DNA from: an uncultured beta proteobacterium
Lineage (GTDB): Bacteria > Pseudomonadota > Gammaproteobacteria > Burkholderiales > Burkholderiaceae_C
Direction: 5' to 3'
Assembly (NCBI GenBank): GCA_963784295.1
Contig: CAWAQL010000016.1
Span: forward strand, 2,715-66,714
DNA: 64,000 nt
Part shown: in pieces, positions 56,262-64,000 of the stretch
Numbering within the stretch: position 1 is the stretch's first letter
Layout of the letters: every line of letters begins with the position of its first letter
Program-made: the position numbers and the translations under genes
The notes under the pieces: model-generated
Databases searched by the model: none
The model's input: only the letters and a program-made list of their open reading frames with translations
What the model was told of the DNA's origin: nothing

Positions 56262-59218
56262 ATGTTTTACAAAATGCAGGCAGCAAGCCAACACGCCGCG
56301 GCGACGCGATCGAATGCACGGCGTCGCTTGGCCGACTGGCCGCTGACCGCTGCCGCCGCCGCGGTGGCTGCCGTGATGGCATTCGGCGCGGTCGATGCGA
56401 ATGCAATGGCGCTCGGCCGCATCAAGGTGCTGTCCACGCTTGGCGAGCCGTTGCGCGCTGAGATCGACATTCCCGAGATCACGGCGGCCGAAGCCGAATC
56501 GCTGCGCGCGAGTCCCGCTTCGCCCGAGACGTTTCGCGCTGCCGGGCTGGAATTCGATTCGGTCGTCTCCAGCGTGCGCGTGGCCGTGCAACGGCGAGCG
56601 AATGGGCGGCCGTTTCTGCGGTTGTCCAGCGGTGCCCGGTCAGCGATCCGTTCATGGATCTGATCCTGAACGTCAGTTCCTCGTCCGGTCAGATCTCGCG
56701 CGACTTCACGATGCTGTTTGACCCGCAGGGCAGCCGGGGCAGCGCGCCCCGTGCAATCCCGCCGGTCGCACAGAGCGCGACGCGTGCTGGCGCCGTTGCC
56801 GCGACCACTGGGGACCGCTCCCCCGCGCCCCGCGCGGCTGCCGATGCGAATGGCGAAGCCGGTGCTCGCAGCAACGACCGCGCAGCGCCCGAAGATGGGG
56901 CAGCCGCCAGCCCACGCCGCGCCCGCAACGTGGCCGCGGCAACAGCACGCAACAAGCGCGCTGCGCCATCGGTTGCCACACCGGCCGCTGAAGGCGCCAG
57001 CCGCGTCAAGGTCCGCCCGGGCGACACGGCCAGCAGAATCGCCAACGCCAACCTGCCGGCCGATGTGTCGCTCGACCAGATGCTGGTGGCGATGCTGCGC
57101 ACCAACCCGGGCGCATTTGTCGACGGCAACGTGAACCGCATCAAGGCCGGCGCCGTGCTCGATATGCCCAGCGCCGCCCAGACCGAGCAAACCGCACCGC
57201 AAGCGCGCGATGCACTGAACGCCCAGAGCAAGGACTTCAACGCGTTTCGCCGCAAATTGGCCACTGCGGCGACGCCCGCCTCCGCGCAAGCGGCGAGCCG
57301 CACCGACGGCGGCAAATTGCAAGCCGCCGTGCAAGAAGCCAATTCGGCGACCGCATCGCCCGACAAGCTCACGCTGTCAAGAGGCGCGGTTGACCGACCG
57401 GCTGCATCGACCGGCACGGCCCCAAGCGCCACCACACCTGCAACGGCTTCACCGGCCGCAAATGGAAGTGCAGGCGGCACGGGCGCTCCAGTGGCCGGCG
57501 CAAGCAGGCGTGGCCAGCGCCAACTCCGGCGGCAACTCGACCACAGCAAATCCGACAACCGCACCGGTTGCGGGCACGTCCACCCTTCCTGCGGCAACCG
57601 CTGGCGATGTGCCCGCTGCAACGCCGACACCCGGCCCCGCATCGCTCGGCACGGACCGTCCCGGCGCCCCGACCGCGGGCACGTTGCTGGTGAATGGCGG
57701 CACGGCAAATGCAACCAATGGCAGCGTGGCCCCGGGCGGCACGCTTGCTGCAGGCACGAAGCCGGGTTCGGCAAACACCGGAGGCACCCCGGCCGCCGAG
57801 TCGGGGGCTGGTCGATCAACTGCTCGACGAGCCGGTGGTGCCGGCCGCCGGTCTCGGCCTGCTTGCGTTGCTTGCCGGTTTCGGCATCTGGCGCTCGCGC
57901 CGCAACAAGCGCACGGTGGAGACACAAGCGGTTGCCGCCGACCCGCAAACCGGCTCGGAGTCGATCTTCTCGATGACCGGTGGCGGCAGCATCGACACCC
58001 TGCACGGTTCGACCGGCGTGGCATCAATCGGCTACTCGCCGAGCCAGCTCGACTCGGGCGGAGAGGTCGACCCGGTTGCCGAAGCGGACGTCTACATGGC
58101 CTATGGCCGTGAAGACCAGGCGCTCGAAATCTTGAAGGAGGCGCAGCGCACCAGCCCGGCGCGCGCCGATGTGCGCGTCAAACTGCTCGAAGTGCATGCG
58201 CGCCGGCGCGAAGTCAAGGCGTTCGAAGCGCTGGCCAAAGTCACCCAGGGCCTGGTCGGCACCGACAGCCGTGAGTGGCGCCACATCTGCGAAATCGGCC
58301 GCGAACTCGACTTCAAGAACCCGCTCTACCAAGCGCCCATCAGCGCATCCGTCCCGTTGCAGGGCGCAGCTGCCACCGTCGCAGCACTTGCCGCGGAAGG
58401 CGCAGCGGACAGCACGCATTCGGGCGCCATGTCGTCGATCATGCCGACCCAGCGCATCGCCGCCAGCGGCTTCGGTGGATTGACGGGCGCTGCCGGTACG
58501 CTCGCCGCCGCGCCCTGGCAGACGTCGCAGAGCCTCGACCTCGATCTGGACTTCGGTGCGATCCGGCAGTCGGCCACGCCGGCCATGCAGCCAGCATCGC
58601 TGACGCACCCGGTCAATCTGGACCTGGATCTGAGCGACTTCGGGGGGCTCGAAGCTGGTGCCGATCGGCACCCGGCCGGCGCGCACCAGAGGATGCCGGT
58701 CTGGCTGGCCGAATCCGACGGCAGCAAAGACAAGCCTGCGTTCACTGCGGCAAACCGAATCCCCGTGTCGGCAGCACCGAAGGCGACCGCGCCGAAGCCG
58801 GCGACCGAACCCGCACCTTCGCCTGCACCGATGCAGATGGCGCGTCCAGCGGTGCCGGACGCCAGCGTGATTGATTTCGACTTCTCCTCGTTGCGGCTCG
58901 AACTTGACGACCCCGCCGATCCGGCACCCGCCGCGTCGCTGCCGGCCGCGTCCCCGGTGATTGCAGCACCCCTCATGAAGCCGGAGCGCAGCACGTCGGC
59001 GGATCTCGCAATTGATGCAATACCGACCACGCGAGCCGCAGCATCGGCGCCGCCCTCGGCGACGACGCCGACTCGCTGTCGACCAAGCTGGCGCTGGCCG
59101 AAGCGTTCAGCGCGATCGGCGACGTCGACGGTGCCCGCAGCCTCGCGCACGAAGTGATCGGTGAATCGTCCGGCACCTTGAAAGCCAAGGCGCAACGCTT
59201 CCTGGCATCGATCGACTG
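56262..59218 (+). pseudogene. fimV: FimV-like peptidoglycan-binding (LysM) protein, at least 4 frame changes
   Basis: The N-terminal FimV text (LGRIKVLSTLGEPLRAEIDIPEI) comes first. PVSDPFMDLILNVSSSSGQISRDFTMLFDP plus the LysM domain (VKVRPGDTASRIA...NRIKAGAVLDMP) is in a second frame. A low-complexity stretch is in a third frame, and the TM segment plus TPR-like part (DVYMAYGREDQALEIL) is in a fourth. The FimV C-terminal motif LSTKLALAEAFSAIGDVDGARSLAHEVI ends at the stop 59216-59218 in yet another frame. Shifts lie near 56635, 57490, 57805 and 59050. Confidence 0.75.
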
Positions 59219-59278
59219 AACACCGACACAACGGCTGCAGCGGCGCTTTCTCTGGGCAGACAGCGGCTTGCGCTCGGC

Positions 59279-60055
59279 TTGAGCTACGGCGGCGAGGCCT
59301 ACCAGGGCTGGCAGAGCCAACGCAGCGGCCTGACCGTACAAGACCGTCTGGAAGCGGCGCTGCAGCGGTTCGCCTGCGGGCCGGTGGCAACGCGCTGCGC
59401 AGGGCGCACCGACGCGGGCGTGCACGCATTCATGCAGGTGGTGCATTTCGACACCGAACTGCAGCGCACGGCCGCCGCCTGGGTGCGGGGCACGAACCGT
59501 TATCTGCCGCCGGACATCGCGGTGCAGTGGGCGCAAGCCGTGCCGCCCGAATTTCATGCCCGCGGCAGCGCCAGGTCGCGCCGCTACGGTTACCGATTGC
59601 TCGAGTCTTCCGTGCGCCCGAGCGTCGAGGCCGGCAAGGTCGGCTGGTGTTTTCGCCCGCTCGACGGCGCGGCGATGGAAGCCGCCGCCGCGCGACTGAT
59701 CGGCGAACACGACTTCACCTCGTTTCGTGCCGCCGCATGTCAGGCGGACTCACCCGTCAGAACCCTGCATTCGATTCGAATCCGCGCGCAAGGCCCTCCC
59801 GGCGGCCGCTACTGGTGGTTCGAATTCGAAGCCAACGCGTTCCTGCATCACATGATCCGCAATCTCATGGGTTGCCTGATCGCCATCGGCCACGGCGCAC
59901 AGCCGGTCGCCTGGATCGACACGGTGCTCGCCGCACGCAGCCGGGCGGTGGCCGCGCCGACGTTTTCTGCAGCCGGGCTCTACTTTCTCGGCCCGGTCTA
60001 CGACGCGCATTGGGGATTGCCGCAGCAAACGGCTGCGTATCATTGGTTCGGCTAG
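59279..60055 (+). CDS. truA: tRNA pseudouridine(38-40) synthase
   Basis: YQGWQSQ, the GRTDAGVHA catalytic Asp motif, HDFTSF and FLHHMIRNLMG. The start codon is unclear (see findings). The TTG at 59279 would clip the conserved first strand RLALGL. Confidence 0.85.
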   Translation: MSYGGEAYQGWQSQRSGLTVQDRLEAALQRFACGPVATRCAGRTDAGVHAFMQVVHFDTELQRTAAAWVRGTNRYLPPDIAVQWAQAVPPEFHARGSARSRRYGYRLLESSVRPSVEAGKVGWCFRPLDGAAMEAAAARLIGEHDFTSFRAAACQADSPVRTLHSIRIRAQGPPGGRYWWFEFEANAFLHHMIRNLMGCLIAIGHGAQPVAWIDTVLAARSRAVAAPTFSAAGLYFLGPVYDAHWGLPQQTAAYHWFG

Positions 60056-60113
60056 CCGGCGAGCGGTCACCATCCGGGCCGCGTTGGCAGCGTCACAGCA
60101 AACGATCGCCGAC

Positions 60114-60851
60114 ATGAACCCCGCACTCAGCATCCCGCAGCGCACCCGAATCAAGATTTGCGGCATCACACGCGAGGCGGACCTGGACGCTGCCGTGGCG
60201 GCCGGTGCCGATGCGGTCGGATTCGTGCTCTACGCATCCAGCAAGCGCCATGTCACGCTGCAGCGTGCCACCGAACTTGCGCGCCGGCTGCCGCCGTTCG
60301 TCACGCCGGTGCTGCTGTTCGTCAATGCAAGTGCTACGGAAATCGAAGCAGCCATCGCACGCCTGCCGGGCGCTTTGCTGCAATTTCATGGGGATGAGAC
60401 ACCCGAGCAGTGCGTCCAGGCGACCCACTACGGCGCCCACGGCTGGATTCGCGCCGCGCGCCTGCCCGCCGGACGCGAGCAAGACTTCGACTTGATAAAA
60501 TTCGCGACCGACTTCCAACTCGCCCAAGCCATCCTGCTCGACACGCATGTCGAAGGGTTTGGCGGCGGCGGCACCGCATTCAATTGGTCACAGCTTCCAC
60601 CAAGCGTCAACGCTCACCTCGTTTTGAGTGGTGGGTTGCATGCTGCCAACGTGATCGATGGCCTGCAGCAAGTGTGGCCGCGTTGCAAAAAAACGCTGGC
60701 CGTTGACGTGAGCTCCGGCGTCGAAGGCCCTGTCAAGGGACTCAAGGACGCCACCCGAATTCATCAATTCGTCGCCGCCGTCCGCGCGGCCGACGAGCAA
60801 CGACTTGCCAAGGCTTTTTCCGATCATGCAAACCCAATACAGCCAACCTGA
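60114..60851 (+). CDS. trpF: phosphoribosylanthranilate isomerase
   Basis: [35 protein letters not shown] and [11 protein letters not shown]. Confidence 0.9.
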   Translation: MNPALSIPQRTRIKICGITREADLDAAVAAGADAVGFVLYASSKRHVTLQRATELARRLPPFVTPVLLFVNASATEIEAAIARLPGALLQFHGDETPEQCVQATHYGAHGWIRAARLPAGREQDFDLIKFATDFQLAQAILLDTHVEGFGGGGTAFNWSQLPPSVNAHLVLSGGLHAANVIDGLQQVWPRCKKTLAVDVSSGVEGPVKGLKDATRIHQFVAAVRAADEQRLAKAFSDHANPIQPT

Positions 60852-62091
60852 CGCGAGCGGCCATTTCGGCCTGTACGGCGGCAGCTTCGTCAGCGAGACG
60901 CTGACCCATGCGATCAATGAGTTGAAAGACGCCTACGCGCGCTATCAACACGACCCGGAGTTCCTTGCCGAATTCCAGTGGGAACTCAAGCACTTCGTCG
61001 GCCGCCCTTCTCCTGTCTATCACGCGGCGCGCACCAGCCGCGACATCGGCGGCGCGCAGATCTACCTGAAGCGTGAAGATCTGAACCACACTGGCGCACA
61101 CAAGATCAACAACGTGATCGGCCAAGCCATGCTCGCGCGCCGCATGGGCAAGCCGCGCATCATCGCCGAGACGGGAGCCGGCCAGCACGGTGTGGCAACG
61201 GCCACGATCTGCGCGCGCTACGGGCTGGAGTGCGTGGTCTATATGGGCAGCGAAGACGTGAAGCGTCAGAACCCGAACGTCTACCGCATGAACCTGTTGG
61301 GGGCGACCGTGGTGCCGGTCGAGTCCGGCAGCCGCACCTTGAAGGATGCGCTGAACGAAGCGATGCGCGACTGGGTGGCGAATGTGGACCGCACGTTCTA
61401 CATCATCGGCACCGTGGCCGGCCCGCACCCGTACCCGATGATGGTGCGCGACTTTCAGCGTGTGATCGGCGAAGAGTGCTTGGTGCAGATGCCCGAGCAA
61501 ACCGGCGGGCGGCAACCCGATGCGGTGGTCGCGTGCGTGGGCGGCGGCAGCAACGCAATGGGAATCTTTCACCCATACATCCCGTATGCAGACACGCGGC
61601 TGATCGGCGTCGAAGCGGCCGGCAGGGGCATCGACAGCGGCAAGCATTCGGCTTCGCTGCAACGCGGCAGCCCCGGCGTGCTGCACGGCAACCGCACCTA
61701 CATTCTGCAAAGCGAAGACGGCCAGATCACCGAAACCCACAGCGTGAGCGCGGGACTCGACTACCCCGGCGTCGGGCCAGAACACGCATGGCTGAAGGAC
61801 ATCGGCCGTGCCGAGTACGTCGGCGTGACGGACGATGAAGCGGTCGCCGCATTCCATCATCTGTGCCGCACCGAGGGCATCATCCCGGCGCTTGAATCGG
61901 CGCATGCGATCGCGTATGCGATGACGTTGGCCAAAACGATGCGCAGCGATCAATCGATCCTCGTGAACCTGTCCGGGCGCGGCGACAAGGACATCGGCAC
62001 CGTGGCCGACCTGGCCGGCGCCGATTTTTACGATCGGCCGTCGATGCGCGGGCACCAAGTCAAGGGCGGCGTGCCGTCGCAGCCGACATGA
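60826..62091 (+). CDS. trpB: tryptophan synthase beta chain
   Basis: [31 protein letters not shown] (the PLP Lys) and [10 protein letters not shown]. Intact. Confidence 0.95.
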   Translation: MQTQYSQPDASGHFGLYGGSFVSETLTHAINELKDAYARYQHDPEFLAEFQWELKHFVGRPSPVYHAARTSRDIGGAQIYLKREDLNHTGAHKINNVIGQAMLARRMGKPRIIAETGAGQHGVATATICARYGLECVVYMGSEDVKRQNPNVYRMNLLGATVVPVESGSRTLKDALNEAMRDWVANVDRTFYIIGTVAGPHPYPMMVRDFQRVIGEECLVQMPEQTGGRQPDAVVACVGGGSNAMGIFHPYIPYADTRLIGVEAAGRGIDSGKHSASLQRGSPGVLHGNRTYILQSEDGQITETHSVSAGLDYPGVGPEHAWLKDIGRAEYVGVTDDEAVAAFHHLCRTEGIIPALESAHAIAYAMTLAKTMRSDQSILVNLSGRGDKDIGTVADLAGADFYDRPSMRGHQVKGGVPSQPT

Positions 62092-62897
62092 GTCGCATCG
62101 ATGCCGCGTTCGCCGCACTGAAAAAACGCGGCGCAAAAGCGCTCATTCCGTATGTGACGGCTGGCTTTCCACAAGCCGACATCACACCGAAGCTGATGCA
62201 CGCGATGGTCGAGGCCGGTGCCGACGTGATCGAGCTCGGCGTGCCGTTTTCCGACCCGATGGCCGATGGCCCGGTGATCCAGAAAGCGGGCGAGCAGGCG
62301 CTCGCCGCCGGCATCGGCATGAGCCAGGTGCTCGCAATGGTGCGGGACTTTCGCGCTGGCGACGACCGGACGCCGGTGGTGCTGATGGGCTATGCGAATC
62401 CGGTCGAGCGCTACGACCAAAAGCACGGCACGCATGCGTTCGTGCATGACGCCGCCGCGGCCGGTGTCGACGGCGTGTTGATCGTTGACTACCCGCCCGA
62501 AGAATGTGCGGACTTCGCGGCGCGACTGAAGGCTGCTGGCATCGACCTGATCTTTCTGCTCGCGCCCACCAGCACCGAAGCGCGCATGCAGCAGGTCGCG
62601 GCGCTGGCCAGCGGCTACGTCTACTACGTCTCGCTCAAAGGCGTGACCGGTGCCGGCACGCTGGACACGGCTGCGGTGGAGTCGATGCTGCCGCGCATTC
62701 GCCAGCATGTGCAGATTCCGGTGGGGGTCGGCTTCGGCATTCGCGATGCGGCCAGCGCGCGTGCGGTCGGCAAAGTGGCCGACGCGGTCGTGATCGGCAC
62801 GCGGTTGATCCAGCTGCTCGAAGCCGCGCCGGTCGACCAGGCGACGGCAGCCGTCGCCGACTTCCTCAAAGAGATTCGGGCGGCGCTGGACCAATGA
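62088..62897 (+). CDS. trpA: tryptophan synthase alpha chain
   Basis: [29 protein letters not shown] and [14 protein letters not shown] overlap with trpB. Confidence 0.95.
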   Translation: MSRIDAAFAALKKRGAKALIPYVTAGFPQADITPKLMHAMVEAGADVIELGVPFSDPMADGPVIQKAGEQALAAGIGMSQVLAMVRDFRAGDDRTPVVLMGYANPVERYDQKHGTHAFVHDAAAAGVDGVLIVDYPPEECADFAARLKAAGIDLIFLLAPTSTEARMQQVAALASGYVYYVSLKGVTGAGTLDTAAVESMLPRIRQHVQIPVGVGFGIRDAASARAVGKVADAVVIGTRLIQLLEAAPVDQATAAVADFLKEIRAALDQ

Positions 62898-62934
62898 GCG
62901 GTTTTTCAACGCACAGGAAACGGACCCCCGATTC

Positions 62935-63816
62935 ATGAGCTGGCTCGGCAAACTGATCCCCGCAAAGCTGCAGCGCAGCGCCAACCTGGAGGCTCGGCGC
63001 GGCGTGCCCGAGGGCGTCTGGGTCAAGTGTCCAAACTGCGATGCGGTGCTCTACAAGAACGATCTCGAGAAAAACCAGAACGTCTGCCCGACTTGTGGCC
63101 ACCACCACCGCATCGGGGCGCGTGCGAGGTTGAACGCGTTCCTCGATCCGGAAGGCCGCAAGGAGATCGGCCAGCAGATCACGCCGATCGATCCGCTCGG
63201 CTTCAAAGACAGCCGCGGCTACCCCGAACGCGCAAAAGAAGCCGCCAAAAACAGCGGCGAGACCGATGCATTGGTCGTGTTGAGTGGCAGCGTGCACGAC
63301 GTGCAGTTGGTCGCCGCCGCGTTCGAGTTCGATTTCATGGCCGGCAGCATGGGCAGCGTGGTCGGCGAGCGCTTCGTGCGCGGCGTGGACGCTGCCGTCG
63401 AGCAAAAGGTGCCGTTCGTCTGCTTCACCTCGACCGGCGGCGCGCGCATGCAGGAAGGCCTGTTGAGCCTGATGCAGATGGCCAAGACCAACTCGGCGTT
63501 GACCTTGCTTGCGCGGCAGAAACTGCCGTACGTGAGCGTGTTGACCGACCCGACCACCGGCGGCGTCAGCGCAAGTTTTGCGTTCATCGGCGACGTGGTG
63601 ATTGCCGAGCCGCGTGCGCTGATCGGCTTTGCGGGTGCGCGCGTGATCGAGTCGACCGTGCGAGTGACGTTGCCGGAAGGGTTTCAGCGTGCCGAGTTCC
63701 TGCTGGAGAAAGGCGCGATCGACATGATCTGCGACCGCCGCGCGATGCGGCGCACGGTGGCCGATGTGCTCGGGCTGCTGCTGAACCGGACGAGCGCGAC
63801 CGCTGCGGTCGGCTGA
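62935..63816 (+). CDS. accD: acetyl-CoA carboxylase carboxyltransferase beta subunit
   Basis: Zinc ribbon CPNCDAVLYKNDLEKNQNVCPTCGHH, then GGARMQEG. Confidence 0.95.
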   Translation: MSWLGKLIPAKLQRSANLEARRGVPEGVWVKCPNCDAVLYKNDLEKNQNVCPTCGHHHRIGARARLNAFLDPEGRKEIGQQITPIDPLGFKDSRGYPERAKEAAKNSGETDALVVLSGSVHDVQLVAAAFEFDFMAGSMGSVVGERFVRGVDAAVEQKVPFVCFTSTGGARMQEGLLSLMQMAKTNSALTLLARQKLPYVSVLTDPTTGGVSASFAFIGDVVIAEPRALIGFAGARVIESTVRVTLPEGFQRAEFLLEKGAIDMICDRRAMRRTVADVLGLLLNRTSATAAVG

Positions 63817-63844
63817 CCGACGCGGGCAGCGTCGAAGGCCGCCT

Positions 63845-64000
63845 CAGGCCGCCAGCGCGCGCAGCCAGTCGGGCAGCGTGGCGGCCTTCTGATTCGCGTG
63901 GTCGACCCAGATCATCGTCGCCCCACCGGCGGCGCGAATCACGCCCGGCTCGCTCGCGTATGCCATCGTTGCCCAGCTCTCGATCGTGGTGCGGCCCGGG
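63845..64000 (-). CDS. 3' end of an unidentified minus-strand gene (possibly a hotdog-fold thioesterase)
   Basis: The reverse frame reads ...ESWATMAYASEPGVIRAAGGATMIWVDHANQKAATLPDWLRALAA-stop. The C-terminal pattern resembles YbgC/4HBT-type thioesterases, but only 51 aa are visible. Confidence 0.3.

Overview
High-GC (roughly 65%) chromosomal segment with Burkholderiaceae-like gene order; the taxon is inferred from synteny and not verified. Most of the window is core metabolism. It holds a GGDEF/EAL protein, a PBP7-like peptidase, two tandem leuA paralogs, pssA and ilvCHI. Next come an ECF sigma/DUF3619/DUF3106/RDD module, a LOG-family gene, glnB, ppa/hppA, crcB, glnS and rpsU-yqeY. The right half holds citE-like, mdh, a GntR gene, sdhCDAB-sdhE-gltA, leuC-ecn-leuD-leuB-asd-fimV-truA-trpFBA-accD. 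Two accessory blocks stand out. (1) At 20.3-31.9 kb lies a translationally coupled 12-gene operon: two acyltransferases, a GT2, a dedicated ACP, a membrane protein, an adenylating enzyme fused to a hotdog dehydratase, a LolA-like carrier, an MMPL exporter, a lipoprotein esterase, a NodB deacetylase, a methyltransferase and a CbiX-like protein. It resembles the lipid-attachment and export half of aryl-polyene clusters but has no ketosynthase, ketoreductase or thioesterase. (2) At 35.0-38.2 kb lies a PqqD-like RRE, an HPr-kinase-like P-loop kinase and a nucleotidyltransferase, with no lasso cyclase, protease or visible precursor. Next to it is a low-GC gene for a Tat-signal, Asn/Thr-rich secreted protein with a sigma-54-type promoter. 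A third theme is frame disruption of core genes: both leuA copies (at least 16 indels in 3.3 kb), fimV, hppA, glnS, asd and the DUF3106 gene. Both accessory blocks are intact. No rRNA, tRNA, CRISPR array or IS element was recognised. All family assignments come from reading motifs by eye, because no searches could be run.
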